NCBI GenBank assembly: GCA_963700145.1
Contig: OY969474.1
Span: 800,001-864,000, forward strand
From: an uncultured Acidobacteriota bacterium
Lineage (GTDB): Bacteria; Acidobacteriota; Thermoanaerobaculia; Multivoradales; UBA5704
Direction: 5' to 3'
DNA length: 64,000 nt
The notes under the pieces were generated by a model. That model did not search any database, had not been told where the DNA came from, and worked only from the letters and a program-made list of their open reading frames with translations. Position 1 is the first letter of the stretch; every line of letters begins with the position of its first letter. Positions 20,724-31,266 of the stretch are shown here, in pieces. The position numbers and the translations under genes were made by a program.

Positions 20724-23700
20724 ATGAGGCGTTCCGCGTCCCTCGTCCTGTTCCTGTCGCTTGCCTGTCTCGCCGCCGTCCCCGCCTTCGCCGACCCACC
20801 GGTTTCCTCGACGGCGGTCCGTTTCGGCGTCTCCCCGCCGCTCAGCTCGCTGCCGCCCGACGTCGCGGAGAAGCCGCCGGACCCGAGCGACGAGGAGCTC
20901 AAGGCCAACCCCAACAAGATCGTGCGCGTCGAGACCGGCGACCCCGACGCGGTCTCGGTCGACCCGGTGATCCAGAGCTCCGCGCCGGCCCTGGCGCTGG
21001 CGCCGCCGCTGGCGACCTTCGAGGGCATCTCGAACAACGACAACTTCACCGCCTTCGCCTTCCGCGTCGCGCCGCCCGACACCGACGGCGACGTCGGCCC
21101 CGACCACTACGTGCAGATCGTCAACCTGATGTTCCGGGTCTTCGACAAGGCCGGCGCGCCGCTGACCGCCCCGCTCAAGGTGAGCTCGATCTTCGCCCCG
21201 CTCGGCGCCCCTTGCGGGCCGCGCGACGACGGCGACCCGATCGCCCTCTACGACCCCCTGGCCGACCGCTGGATGGTGAGCCAGTTCTGCACCGTCGCCG
21301 ACCCCTTCAACCACCAGGTCATCGCCATCTCGCAGACCCCCAACCCGGCCGGCGCCTGGTTCCTCTACGACTTCATGATGCCGAACATCAAGTTCAACGA
21401 CTACCCGAAGTTCGGCGTCTGGCCGGACGCCTATTACATGACCGACAACCAGTTCAACCAGGCCGGCACCGCCTTCCTGGGCGCCGGCGTCTTCGCCTTC
21501 GACCGCGCCAAGATGCTGGCCGGCGACCCGACGGCGAGCTACATCTACTTCGACGTCGAGAACGGCAACCCCAACATCGGCGGCGTGCTGCCCGCCGACC
21601 TCGACGGGCTCACCCCGCCGCCGATCGGCACCCCCGGCCTCTTCGCCTACTTCACCGCCGACGAGTTCGGCGACCCGGCCGACGGCATCCGCATCTGGGA
21701 CTTCAACGCCGACTTCGCCAACCCCCTGGCCTCCACCTTCGTCGAGCGGGCGGAGAGCCCGATCGCGGTCGCCACCTTCGACCCGCGCACGCCGGCCGGG
21801 CGCGACGACATCGAGCAGCCGCCGCCGGCCAACTCCGGGAGCTTCCTCGACGCCATCGCCGACCGCTTCATGTTCCGCCTCGCCTACCGCAACTTCGGCA
21901 CCCACGAGTCGCTGGTCGTCAACCACACCGTCAACGTCAGCGGCGTCAACCCGACCACCCCGGGCACCCACCGCGCCGGCGTCCGCTACTACGAGCTGCG
22001 CCGGCCGACCGGCGGCGCCTTCAGCGTCAACGAGCAGGCGACCTTCGCCCCCGACACCGACAACCGCTGGATGGCCAGCGCCGCCCAGGACAACGACGGC
22101 AACCTGGCGGTGGGCTACAGCGTCTCCAGCCTGACGACGGCGCCGTCGATCCGCTACGCCGCCCGCCTGGCGACCGATCCCCCGAACGGCCTCTTCCAGG
22201 GGGAGACGTCGCTCGTCGCCGGCAGCGGCGTGCAGACCGGCACCGGCTCGCGCTGGGGGGACTACAGCGCCCTCGCCGTCGATCCGGCCGACGACTGCAC
22301 CTTCTGGTTCACCAGCGAGTACTACACGGCCGCCAGCCAGGCCACCAGCACGGTCGGCTGGCTCACCCGCATCGGCAGCTTCGTGCTGCCGGGCTGCACG
22401 CCCGCCGAGAGCGGCACGATCCAGGGCACGGTGCGCAACGCCGTCACCCTGCTGCCGATCGCCGGCGCCGTCGTCGCCACCAGCGACGGCTACACGCGCA
22501 TCACCGACGCCGGCGGCGGCTACACGATGCAGGTGGCCGCCGGCACCTACGACATGACGGCCTCGGCGCCCGGCTTCGGCAGCGACTCCGAGACCGGCGT
22601 CGTGGTGGCCACCAACGGCACCACGACCCAGGACTTCTTCCTGGCGCCGACGCCGATCATGCAGGCCGCCCCCGGCGCCGCCATCGCGGCCGAGAGCTGC
22701 AGCCCGACGAGCGGGGCGATCGACCCCGGCGAGACCGTGACCGTGACCCTGCCGGTGCGCAACGTCGGCACCGCCGACACCATCAACCTCGTCGGCACCC
22801 TGCTCCCCGGCGGCGGCGTCACCTCGCCGGGCGCGCCCCAGAGCTACGGGGTGGTGATCGCCGGCGGGCCCGACGTCGCGCGGCCGTTCAGCTTCACCGC
22901 CAGCGGCGCCTGCGGCTCCACCATCACCCTCTCGCTCCAGTTCCAGGACGGCCCGAGCGACCTCGGGACCGTCACTTACACCTTCACCCTCGGCACCCTG
23001 AACCCGCTCACCCAGACCTCGACGACGAGCAGCGGCGACATCAGCGTCCCGCTCCCCGACCTCGGGGTGGCCGAGTCGACGATCGTCGTGCCCGACGCCG
23101 GCGCGGTGACGGACGTCAACGTCAGCGTCCGCCTCAACCACACCTTCGACGGCGACCTCATCATCAGCCTGATCGCCCCGAACGGCACCGAGGTCCGCCT
23201 CTCCAACCAGCGCGGCGGCGCCGGCGACAACTTCGGCACCGGCGCCAACAGCTGCGCCGGCACGCCGACGGTGTTCGACGACTCCGCGGCGGTGGCGATC
23301 AGCGCCGGCACGGCGCCCTTCGCCGGCAGCTTCCGCCCCGACCAGCCGCTTTCCGCCCTCAACGGCGGGCCGACGGCCGGCACCTGGAAGCTGCGCATCA
23401 GCGACAACGCCGGGCTCGACGTCGGCACTCTCTTCTGCTGGAAGCTCGAGATCGGGCGCCGCGTCTACACCTGCTGCGGCGTCGCCGGCACCCCGGTCCC
23501 GATCGGCACCGGCCGCAACGTCACCGCCGAGAGCTGCAGCCCGGCCAACGGCGCGATCGACCCCGACGAGACGGTCTCCGTCAGCTTCGCGCTCGCCAAC
23601 GCCGGCAGCAGCCCGACGACCGACCTGGTCGCCACCCTGCAGCCGACCGGCGGCGTGCAGACGCCGAGCGGGCCGCAGAGCTACGGCGCGGTGCCCACCG

Positions 23701-24950
23701 ACGGCAGCTCCGTGGCGCGCACCTTCAGCTTCGTGCCGGCCGGCACCTGCGGCGGCATCGTCACGGCGACCCTCCAGCTCCAGGACGGCCTGACGAGCTT
23801 CGGCACCGTCAGCTTCACCCTGCAGCTGGGGACGACCGCCGGCGGCACGGCCGGGCCGTTCGCCAACGCCGGCTCGATCGGCGTGCCGGGCACCGGCACC
23901 GTCGGCAACGCCTCCCCCTACCCCTCGTCGATCAGCGTCTCCGGGATCGTCGGCACCGTGACCAAGGTGACGGCGACGCTCCACGGCATGAACCACACCT
24001 TCCCGGGCGACATCGACATCCTGCTGGCGGGGCCCGGCGGGCAGCGGATCGTGCTGCTGTCCGACGTCGGCGGCACCGCCGACCTCGTCAACGTGACGCT
24101 GACCTTCGACGACGCGGGCCCGGCGGTGCCGGCGACGATCGTCTCGGGCACCTTCCGACCCACCAACTCCGGCACGGGCGACGTCTTCCCCGCCCCGGCC
24201 CCGGGCGCGCCGCACGGCTCGCTCCTGGCCGACTTCAACGGCGTCAACCCCAACGGCACCTGGAGCCTGTACGCCCTCGACGACGCCTCGATCGACGCCG
24301 GCAACATCTCCGGCGGCTGGAGCCTCAGCTTCCAGACCGCCGACCCGGTCTGCTGCGATCAGGCCTGCTCGCTGGCCTGCCCGGCGCCGATCTCCCAAGG
24401 GAACGACCCTGGCCTGTGCTCGGCCGTCGTCACCTTCCCCTTCCCGGGCGTGACCGGCACCTGCGGCACGCTGGCCTGTGTGCCGCCCTCGGGGTCGATC
24501 TTCCCGGTAGGCACGACGACCGACGTCTGCACGGCGACCCGCACCAGCGGCCCGTCGGCGGGCACGACGACGACGTGCAACTTCCCGATCACCGTCAACG
24601 ACGTCGAGGGGCCGTCGATCACGGCGCCGACGATCACCCCGTCGACGCTGTGGCCGCCGAACCACCAAATGGCGAACTGCTCGGTGGCCTACAGCGCCAC
24701 GGACAACTGCACCCCGGGCGGCGCCATCACCTGCGGCCTCTCGGTGGCGAGCGACGAGCCGATCAGCGGCCTGGGGGACGGCGACACGGCGCCCGACTGG
24801 CTGGTGGTCAACCCGACGCTCGTCCGGCTGCGCGCCGAGCGCTCCGGCACCGGCGACGGCCGCGTTTACACGGTCACGGTCACCTGCACCGACCAGGCCG
24901 GCGTCAGCACCAGCCGGAACACGACGGCCAACGTGCCGCTCAGCCAGTAG
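20724..24950 (+). CDS. Large secreted multidomain protein (uncharacterised propeller-like N-domain, carboxypeptidase-regulatory-like domain, two Ig + P-domain modules, HYR, C-terminal LWPPNH domain)
   Basis: Signal peptide; PPDTDGDVG, DYPKFG and RWGDYS motifs; duplicated AESCSP..GAIDP.ETV module; two HTF.GD...GTW P-domain signatures. Confidence 0.8.
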   Translation: MRRSASLVLFLSLACLAAVPAFADPPVSSTAVRFGVSPPLSSLPPDVAEKPPDPSDEELKANPNKIVRVETGDPDAVSVDPVIQSSAPALALAPPLATFEGISNNDNFTAFAFRVAPPDTDGDVGPDHYVQIVNLMFRVFDKAGAPLTAPLKVSSIFAPLGAPCGPRDDGDPIALYDPLADRWMVSQFCTVADPFNHQVIAISQTPNPAGAWFLYDFMMPNIKFNDYPKFGVWPDAYYMTDNQFNQAGTAFLGAGVFAFDRAKMLAGDPTASYIYFDVENGNPNIGGVLPADLDGLTPPPIGTPGLFAYFTADEFGDPADGIRIWDFNADFANPLASTFVERAESPIAVATFDPRTPAGRDDIEQPPPANSGSFLDAIADRFMFRLAYRNFGTHESLVVNHTVNVSGVNPTTPGTHRAGVRYYELRRPTGGAFSVNEQATFAPDTDNRWMASAAQDNDGNLAVGYSVSSLTTAPSIRYAARLATDPPNGLFQGETSLVAGSGVQTGTGSRWGDYSALAVDPADDCTFWFTSEYYTAASQATSTVGWLTRIGSFVLPGCTPAESGTIQGTVRNAVTLLPIAGAVVATSDGYTRITDAGGGYTMQVAAGTYDMTASAPGFGSDSETGVVVATNGTTTQDFFLAPTPIMQAAPGAAIAAESCSPTSGAIDPGETVTVTLPVRNVGTADTINLVGTLLPGGGVTSPGAPQSYGVVIAGGPDVARPFSFTASGACGSTITLSLQFQDGPSDLGTVTYTFTLGTLNPLTQTSTTSSGDISVPLPDLGVAESTIVVPDAGAVTDVNVSVRLNHTFDGDLIISLIAPNGTEVRLSNQRGGAGDNFGTGANSCAGTPTVFDDSAAVAISAGTAPFAGSFRPDQPLSALNGGPTAGTWKLRISDNAGLDVGTLFCWKLEIGRRVYTCCGVAGTPVPIGTGRNVTAESCSPANGAIDPDETVSVSFALANAGSSPTTDLVATLQPTGGVQTPSGPQSYGAVPTDGSSVARTFSFVPAGTCGGIVTATLQLQDGLTSFGTVSFTLQLGTTAGGTAGPFANAGSIGVPGTGTVGNASPYPSSISVSGIVGTVTKVTATLHGMNHTFPGDIDILLAGPGGQRIVLLSDVGGTADLVNVTLTFDDAGPAVPATIVSGTFRPTNSGTGDVFPAPAPGAPHGSLLADFNGVNPNGTWSLYALDDASIDAGNISGGWSLSFQTADPVCCDQACSLACPAPISQGNDPGLCSAVVTFPFPGVTGTCGTLACVPPSGSIFPVGTTTDVCTATRTSGPSAGTTTTCNFPITVNDVEGPSITAPTITPSTLWPPNHQMANCSVAYSATDNCTPGGAITCGLSVASDEPISGLGDGDTAPDWLVVNPTLVRLRAERSGTGDGRVYTVTVTCTDQAGVSTSRNTTANVPLSQ

Positions 24951-24968
24951 GCGGTTCCACGCAGGCTC

Positions 24969-25008
24969 CCGCCCCGCTCCCGGTGGTCCCGGGGGCGGGG
25001 CGGTTTCT
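24969..25008 (+). terminator. Intrinsic terminator-like hairpin between convergent genes
   Basis: 15-bp GC stem 24969-24983/24989-25003 followed by TTTCT. Confidence 0.65.
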
Positions 25009-25011
25009 CGT

Positions 25012-25413
25012 CTAGAGGCACTTGGTGAGGCGGGCGGAGCGGCCGTGCACCAGCTCGAAGGGGCCGAGCGTCTCGCCGCCGTCGCCGACGGCGATCGTGA
25101 GGGTCATGGTCTTCCCCTCGACGCGGCCGGCGTAGCGCGCCGGCCGGGCGTCCTCCTGCCCTTCCCGCACCGGCCCGCCGCGCTCCTGGACGTACGTCCC
25201 TGTGACGTCGAAGCGCCCCTGGGAGTCCAGCCGGATCGCCCCCTCGACTGCGCCGTGGGCGCAATCGAACTCGACCGTCGCCCCGCCCGCGGCGACCTCT
25301 AGGAGGATGTGGTCGCCACCCCACGCGCCGAGGGCGAGTGATCGTTCCTCGCCCGCCGTCATCGAATAGCAGCCGGCGAGGATGACCAGGGAAATGCAGG
25401 CCACGATCGGCAT
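25012..25413 (-). CDS. Hypothetical lipoprotein
   Basis: Lipobox LAGC; GAWGGDH, EFDCAHG motifs and C-terminal Cys. Confidence 0.65.
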   Translation of the reverse strand: MPIVACISLVILAGCYSMTAGEERSLALGAWGGDHILLEVAAGGATVEFDCAHGAVEGAIRLDSQGRFDVTGTYVQERGGPVREGQEDARPARYAGRVEGKTMTLTIAVGDGGETLGPFELVHGRSARLTKCL

Positions 25414-25427
25414 CTTCTACGGCAGCC

Positions 25428-25685
25428 TCAACGGTAGATCTCGCGACGATGCCCTATTGCATGGACGACGATCAGCCGCTCACTGCGCAGGACCTGGTAG
25501 AACACGCGATAGTCGCCGACGCGCAGCTTGTAGAGGTCGGAGAGTGAGCCTGTCAACGCTTGAAGCTGGATCGAATCGAGGTTCTCCGCAAGCCAGCGAA
25601 GTCGCTTTGCCACGCGCTCACCGGCCTCGCGGTCGAGGCTCGCGAGGTCCCGGGCTGCGGTGGCGAGGATCCGCAGCTCGTACAC
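25428..25685 (-). CDS. RelE/ParE-family type II toxin
   Basis: 85 aa; YKLRVGDYRVFY and IGHRREIY motifs. Confidence 0.88.
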   Translation of the reverse strand: MYELRILATAARDLASLDREAGERVAKRLRWLAENLDSIQLQALTGSLSDLYKLRVGDYRVFYQVLRSERLIVVHAIGHRREIYR

Positions 25686-25688
25686 TGC

Positions 25689-25907
25689 TCAGAGAAGGCG
25701 GAGCCGCGCGGCGACCGCTTCAAAGGCCTCGCCGCGCTCTCCCTGTGCAACGGCATCTCGCTGACGTTCCAGCCGCTCGCGCAGATCTTGCCGTAGCTCG
25801 AGACCGCGGTCGGGATCCCCGAGCATTTCCGTCAGCTTGGTCTCGATCAGCTCATCCAGCATCGCCTTCAGTTCCTCGGTGCTCATCTCCGCGACCGTCT
25901 TGCTCAT
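25689..25907 (-). CDS. Putative antitoxin
   Basis: 72-aa acidic ORF (GDPDRGLELR) ending 3 bp upstream of the toxin start. Confidence 0.7.
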   Translation of the reverse strand: MSKTVAEMSTEELKAMLDELIETKLTEMLGDPDRGLELRQDLRERLERQRDAVAQGERGEAFEAVAARLRLL

Positions 25908-25944
25908 GCGAACCTCCTGGTCGGGATGATTCTACGTCCCGGCC

Positions 25945-26394
25945 TCACTCGACTGCGATCTGCCAGTCGGTGAGCTCGACGGGCGAGGAGAAGACGCCGC
26001 CTTCGACGCGGAAGTGGATGCCGACGTCGCCCTCGGGCAGGACGACGGGGGCGGCGAAGGTCACCTCGTACTCGCCGCCGCCGCGCCGGCCCATCGGCTG
26101 CCAGGTCCCCGGGCTGCCGCCGGCGGGGGCCAGGCGGTAGGAGACGCGGCCGCCGAAGGGATCCTCGGACCAGTCGCCCGGTCCCATCGCGACCACCAGC
26201 GTCGCCGCCCCGGCGCGCGGTGGCCAGGGCTCGGTCGTGGCGCTGAGCTCCGAGTCCTCCTCGAGCTGCCAGAACGTCCCCGCCGCCGCCTCCTCCTCGT
26301 CGCCGGGCGCCTCCTCCTCCGGCGCGCCGCCCCCGCACGCCGCCAGCGCCACGCACAGCCAGAGCCACGTTCCCCGCTTGGCGAGCTCGCGCAT
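25945..26394 (-). CDS. Hypothetical lipoprotein (Ig-like/YtkA-like)
   Basis: Start MRELAKRG, lipobox LAAC; downstream of lptE. Confidence 0.6.
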   Translation of the reverse strand: MRELAKRGTWLWLCVALAACGGGAPEEEAPGDEEEAAAGTFWQLEEDSELSATTEPWPPRAGAATLVVAMGPGDWSEDPFGGRVSYRLAPAGGSPGTWQPMGRRGGGEYEVTFAAPVVLPEGDVGIHFRVEGGVFSSPVELTDWQIAVE

Positions 26395-26414
26395 GCGATC
26401 CTCCCTCTTCCCAG

Positions 26415-26990
26415 CTAGAACCCTTCCAGCAGGTCGCTCACCATCGTTTCCGCGAAGCGCTCGGCGGCCTCCTCGATCGCCTGGTCCTCGCGGTCGAAGA
26501 AGCCGGCCTCCGAGACGTCCACCGGGTAGCTCTGGCGGAAGACGTAGCGGTCGTTGCTCCACAGCACGGCCTCGTCGGCGATGCGTTTGAAGGCGACCTG
26601 GGCGACGATCGAGATCTCGTACTCGGTGGCGCGGCCGGTGTCGTCGAAGGAGACTGGCGTGACGGAGAAGCCGACGACGGCGCCGGAGAGCTCGGCGTCC
26701 GCCCCCTCGGGGTTGCCCACGACCGCGAAGCGGCGCCGCGTCACCAGCTCCTCGGCGATGGCGCGGGTCAGGAACTGCTCGACCTGGGAGCGCGGCGTGC
26801 GGTTGTCGAGCGGCTTGATGTAGACCTCGCGGACGTCCTCCGGGAGGTTGACGCCGCGGCCGACGAGGGCGTAGCCGCAGGCGGCGGCCAGAACCAGCGG
26901 AAGGAGAAACGCCAGCCTCCCCCACCCAGATCCTTCGCTTCGCTCAGGATGACGTTCTAGAGGGGCGAGGTGCCTGCGCTGGCTCTTCAT
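26415..26990 (-). CDS. lptE: LPS assembly lipoprotein LptE family
   Basis: Lipobox AAAC-GY; leuS-lptE synteny; ATGA overlap with the leuS stop. Confidence 0.8.
   Translation of the reverse strand: MKSQRRHLAPLERHPERSEGSGWGRLAFLLPLVLAAACGYALVGRGVNLPEDVREVYIKPLDNRTPRSQVEQFLTRAIAEELVTRRRFAVVGNPEGADAELSGAVVGFSVTPVSFDDTGRATEYEISIVAQVAFKRIADEAVLWSNDRYVFRQSYPVDVSEAGFFDREDQAIEEAAERFAETMVSDLLEGF
26927..26953 (-). repeat. REP-like hairpin repeat, copy 4, in-frame within lptE (RHPERSEGS)
   Basis: Reverse complement GTCATCCTGAGCGAAGCGAAGGATCTG. Confidence 0.85.
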
Positions 26991-29467
26991 GCCGTCTTCC
27001 TCGTTACCAGGTTCACCAGCCGCCCCGGCACCACGACCGCCTTCGCCAGCTCGCGTCCGGTCAGGTGCTCGCGCACGCGGTCGCTGGCCAGCGCCGCGGC
27101 GCGCACCTCGGACTCGTCGGCGTCGGCCAGCACCTCGATGCGGTCGCGCAGCTTGCCGTCCACCTGGACGACCAGGGTGATGCGGGCGCGCCGGATCTTC
27201 GCCTCGTCGTAGCTCGGCCACTCGGTGTCGAGCAGGTTCTCGAGGTGCCCGCGCCGCTCCCACAGCTCCTCGGTGACGTGCGGCGCCATGGGGTGCAGGA
27301 GCTGCAGCAGCGTGTCGAAGGTCTCGTCGCAGACCAGGCGCGAGCCGGTCTGCTCCTCGAGGGCCCGCGCCAGCGCGTTCGACAGCTCCATCAGCGCCGC
27401 CACCGCGGTATTGAACGAGAAGCGCTCCAGCGAGTGGGTGACGCGCTGGATCGTGGCGTGCCGCTGCCGCTCGAGCTCGCGGTCGGAGGGCGCGTTCGGC
27501 GGCGCCTCGTCGAGCTTCTCCGCCGTGCGCCAGAGACGGTTCAAGAAGCGATAGGCGCCGGCCACCGCCTCGTCGCTCCACTCCGCCTCCCGCTCCGGCG
27601 GCCCGATGAAGAGCGTATAGACGCGCTCGGTGTCGGCGCCGAAGCGCTCGATCAGCTCGTCGGGCGAGACCGTGTTGCCGCGCCGCTTCGACATCTTCTC
27701 CACCCGCCCGGTCTTCTCCGAGAAGCGGGTGATCATCCCCTGGTTGAACAGGTTGGTGAACGGCTCCTCGAAGCCGATCATGCCGAAGTCGTGCAGCACC
27801 TTGCAGACGAAGCGGGCGTAGAGCAGGTGGAGGATGGCGTGCTCGACGCCGCCGATGTACTGGTCGACCGGCGCCCACTTGTTGACCACCTCGGGCGCGA
27901 ACATCCGCGTGTCGTCCTTGGGCGACAGATACCGCAGGTAGTACCAGGAGCTGTCGACGAAGGTGTCCATCGTGTCGGTCTCGCGCCGCGCCGGCTTGCC
28001 GCAGCGCGGGCAGGTGGTCTCGACGAACGCCTTCGAGCGCGACAGCGGGTTGCCCTCGCGGCCGGTGAACTCGACGTCGTAGGGCAGGGCGACCGGGAGC
28101 TGGTCGTCCGGCACCGGCACCATCCCGCACTTCTCACAGTAGACGACCGGGATCGGCGTCCCCCAGTAGCGCTGGCGTGAGATCAGCCAGTCGCGCAGCC
28201 GGTAGGTGACCTTGCCGCGCCCCCAGCCCTTCTTCTCCAGCCAGGCGATGAACTTCTTGACCGTCTCCTCGCTCGAGCTGAGGCCGTCGAACGGCGGGGC
28301 GTTGGCGATCGCCCCCTCGTGCGGGTTGGCCTCGACCAGCGAGTCGGCGGTCTCGTCCGCCGTCCGGTGGTAGACGAGACGAACCGGCAGGCCCTCCTGG
28401 CGGGCGAAGGCGAGGTCTCGCTCGTCGTGCGCCGGCACGCCCATGACCGCGCCGGTGCCGTAGTCGGGCAGCACGTAGTTGGTGGTCCAGACCGGGATCT
28501 CCTCCCCGGTCGCCGGGTTGCCCGCCTTGACGCCCAGGTCCCGGCCCTCCTTCGGCGTGTCCTCCCCTTCGCGCTGGATGCGCGGCGTGTTGCGCACCTG
28601 CTCCACCCAGCGCTCCAGCGCCTCGCGCTCCGGATGGCGCGCCACGAGGGCGGCGACGACCGGGTGCTCGGGGGCGAGCACCAGGAAGGTGGCGCCGTGC
28701 AGGGTGTCCGGGCGGGTGGTGAAGATGGTCACCTTCTCCTTGAGCGCCGGCAGCGGGAAGTCGATCTCCGCCCCCTCCGAGCGGCCGATCCAGTTGCGCT
28801 GCATGACCTTGACCTTCTCCGGCCAGCCGGGGAGGTCGTCGAGGCCGGCGAGCAGGCGGTCGGCGTAGTCGGTGATGCGGTAGAACCACTGCTCGAGGTC
28901 CTTCTGCACCACCTCCGAGCCGCAGCGCTCGCAGCGCCCCTCCTCGACCTGCTCGTTGGCCAGCACCGTCAGGCAGCTCGGGCACCAGTTGACCGGCGCC
29001 TTCTTCTTGTAGGCCAGCCCCTTCTCCAGCAGGCGCAGGAAGAGCCACTGGTTCCAGCGGTAGTACTCCGGCACGCAGGAGGCGATCTCCTTCGACCAGT
29101 CGTAGAGGATGCCCCAGCGGCGGAACTGCTCCTTCATCACCCGGATGTTGTTGAAGGTCCAATCGCTCGGGTGGACGCCGCGCTGGATGGCGGCGTTCTC
29201 GGCCGGCAAGCCGAAGGCGTCCCAGCCCATCGGGTTGAGCACCCGCTTGCCGCGCATCCGCAGGTAGCGGTAGAGGGCGTCGCCGAGGATGTAGTTGCGC
29301 CCGTGGCCGACGTGCAGGCGGTCCCCCGAGGGGTAGGGGAACATGTTGAGCATGTAGAACTTCCCCTGCGCGTGGCGGAGGTCCACCTCGGCGGTGCGCT
29401 GCTTCTCCCACCGCTCCTGCCATTTGGCCTCGACGGCCTTGTGGTCGTAGTGGTCGGGGTCGTTCAT
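26987..29467 (-). CDS. leuS: Leucine--tRNA ligase
   Basis: [25 protein letters not shown], editing FTTRPDT, SRQRYWG and KMSKR motifs. Confidence 0.97.
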   Translation of the reverse strand: MNDPDHYDHKAVEAKWQERWEKQRTAEVDLRHAQGKFYMLNMFPYPSGDRLHVGHGRNYILGDALYRYLRMRGKRVLNPMGWDAFGLPAENAAIQRGVHPSDWTFNNIRVMKEQFRRWGILYDWSKEIASCVPEYYRWNQWLFLRLLEKGLAYKKKAPVNWCPSCLTVLANEQVEEGRCERCGSEVVQKDLEQWFYRITDYADRLLAGLDDLPGWPEKVKVMQRNWIGRSEGAEIDFPLPALKEKVTIFTTRPDTLHGATFLVLAPEHPVVAALVARHPEREALERWVEQVRNTPRIQREGEDTPKEGRDLGVKAGNPATGEEIPVWTTNYVLPDYGTGAVMGVPAHDERDLAFARQEGLPVRLVYHRTADETADSLVEANPHEGAIANAPPFDGLSSSEETVKKFIAWLEKKGWGRGKVTYRLRDWLISRQRYWGTPIPVVYCEKCGMVPVPDDQLPVALPYDVEFTGREGNPLSRSKAFVETTCPRCGKPARRETDTMDTFVDSSWYYLRYLSPKDDTRMFAPEVVNKWAPVDQYIGGVEHAILHLLYARFVCKVLHDFGMIGFEEPFTNLFNQGMITRFSEKTGRVEKMSKRRGNTVSPDELIERFGADTERVYTLFIGPPEREAEWSDEAVAGAYRFLNRLWRTAEKLDEAPPNAPSDRELERQRHATIQRVTHSLERFSFNTAVAALMELSNALARALEEQTGSRLVCDETFDTLLQLLHPMAPHVTEELWERRGHLENLLDTEWPSYDEAKIRRARITLVVQVDGKLRDRIEVLADADESEVRAAALASDRVREHLTGRELAKAVVVPGRLVNLVTRKTA

Positions 29468-29991
29468 TTCAGGGTGCCGGGGAAGTCGTGCTGCTTGAGC
29501 ATGCCGTCGAGCAAGCCGTTGACGAAGCGCCCGGACTGCTCGGAGCCGAACTTCTTCGCCAGCTCGATGGCCTCGTCGAGGACCACGAGCTTGGGGATGT
29601 CCTGCTCGAAGAGCATCTCGTAGACCGCCAGGCGCAGGATGTTGCGGTCCACCGCCGGCATGCGCTCCAGGCGCCAGTGGTCGGCCTGGGCGCGGATCAT
29701 GCCGTCGATCTCCTCGCGGTGGTCGAGCGTGCCGTGCACCAGCGCCTGGGCGTAGCGGAAGGCTTCGTCCACCTGCCGCCGGCGGCGCGCGAAGTCGGCG
29801 CGGTCGTCCTCGGCCCGCGCGCGGCCGGCGGCGGCCGGCCCGCCGTCTTCCTCGTCGCCCGCCGCGCCGGCCAGGTAGGGCGCCAGGTCGAAGTTGGCGA
29901 AGACCTGCGGCGGCGTGCTCCCGCCCAGCTCGCTCTGGTAGAGCATCTGGACCGCCATTTCGCGCGCCGCGCGCCGCTTGCCTGCCGCCAT
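29464..29991 (-). CDS. nusB: Transcription antitermination factor NusB
   Basis: [21 protein letters not shown] and FVNGLLD motifs; ribH-nusB synteny. Confidence 0.93.
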   Translation of the reverse strand: MAAGKRRAAREMAVQMLYQSELGGSTPPQVFANFDLAPYLAGAAGDEEDGGPAAAGRARAEDDRADFARRRRQVDEAFRYAQALVHGTLDHREEIDGMIRAQADHWRLERMPAVDRNILRLAVYEMLFEQDIPKLVVLDEAIELAKKFGSEQSGRFVNGLLDGMLKQHDFPGTLK

Positions 29992-30071
29992 GCTCGATTG
30001 TCCCGCGGAGGTCCCGCGGCGGGCCACCCGCGCGGGTCGGGCAATGATATAGCGGTTGACGCGGTCCCGGC

Positions 30072-30548
30072 CTAGTCGCGCAGCCGCGCGAAGAGATCGG
30101 CCATCTCGAGGGCGGCGAGGGCGGCCTCCCACCCCTTGCTGCCCGACCTGCCCGCCGCCCGCTCCTCGGCCTGCGTGGTCGTCTCGCAGGTGAGGACGCC
30201 GAAGCCGACCGGGATGCGGTGCCGCTCGGTGACGCCGGCGACGCCGCGCGCGCACTCGGTACAGATGAGATCGAAGTGCGCGGTCTCGCCGCGGATGACC
30301 GCGCCGAGGGCGACGAGGGCGTCGACGCCACCGGCGGCGGCCAGCTCTTCCAGCGCCGCCGGGATCTCCCAGGCCCCCGGCACTCGCACCAGATGGATGT
30401 CCTGCGGCTCCACCCCGTGGCGGCGGAGGCAATCGACGGCGGCGGCGACGAGCTTTTCGACGACGGGAGCGTTGAAGCGCGACGCCACGATCCCGATGCG
30501 CCGGCCGGCGCCGGAAGGGGTGCCGGCAGTCTCGCGGATCTGACTCAT
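30072..30548 (-). CDS. ribH: 6,7-dimethyl-8-ribityllumazine synthase
   Basis: [23 protein letters not shown] and FGVLT motifs. Confidence 0.95.
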   Translation of the reverse strand: MSQIRETAGTPSGAGRRIGIVASRFNAPVVEKLVAAAVDCLRRHGVEPQDIHLVRVPGAWEIPAALEELAAAGGVDALVALGAVIRGETAHFDLICTECARGVAGVTERHRIPVGFGVLTCETTTQAEERAAGRSGSKGWEAALAALEMADLFARLRD

Positions 30549-30558
30549 CCAGAAGCTC

Positions 30559-31266
30559 TTAGTGCCCGAGGAGGATGCCCCGCGCCAGCTCGCGCAGGAA
30601 GATGCCGTAGGGCCGGGCGAGGGCGGCCTTGAGCAGGACGTCGGCGACGATGCCGGCGAAGCCGAGGGCGAAGAGGCGGGCCTCGCGGCGCTCGAAGGGC
30701 CAGGGGCGGCGGACCAGCAGGGGGCGCGCCAGGAGGCAGCCGAGGAGGACGAAGGCCGCCACCCGCACCACCGACCAGGGCACCCAGGCGGCGACGGCGC
30801 CCAAGAGCGGCGCGCCGCTCGCCGCGGCGTAGCTGCCGACGAAGTAGCTCATGTAGGCGACGAGCGCGGCGCCCAGCGCCAGGCCGAGGTAGCCCGCCGA
30901 GACGTAGGTCAGGACGAGGAACGCGGCGAGGTGGAGGAGGTGCTGCGGCAGGGAGGCGCGCCAGTCGGCCTCGCGCCCCGCGCCGGTGGCGATCCAGCCG
31001 AACATCTCGGCGCGGTAGGTCTCGCCGTTCCAGATGCCGTCGCGCGCCGCCTCGGGCCAGAGCCAGGTGAGGAGGACGACGCCGGCGCTGAGCAGGAACG
31101 CCCAGAGCATCGTCAGGCCCCAGGCGGCACTGTAGTCGCGCGCCGCGACGCGCTCGCGGAACGACGGGTAGAGGACCAACGGCGCCAGCAGGGGCAACAG
31201 CCAGCGCCCGCCGGGCACCGCCGCGAGCAGCGGCAGGAGCGGCGTGGCGATGAGCAGGAACCTCAC
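30559..31266 (-). CDS. Hypothetical multi-pass membrane protein
   Basis: Six or seven hydrophobic segments; GTGA overlap with the SDR stop. Confidence 0.65.
   Translation of the reverse strand: MRFLLIATPLLPLLAAVPGGRWLLPLLAPLVLYPSFRERVAARDYSAAWGLTMLWAFLLSAGVVLLTWLWPEAARDGIWNGETYRAEMFGWIATGAGREADWRASLPQHLLHLAAFLVLTYVSAGYLGLALGAALVAYMSYFVGSYAAASGAPLLGAVAAWVPWSVVRVAAFVLLGCLLARPLLVRRPWPFERREARLFALGFAGIVADVLLKAALARPYGIFLRELARGILLGH

Noticed and set aside
20580-25015. Very long overlapping ORFs 20580-24668 (-) and 20636-25015 (+), and similar shadows across the window
   Set aside because: Arg/Gly/Pro-rich alternative frames typical of high-GC genes; the motif-bearing frame was chosen in each case
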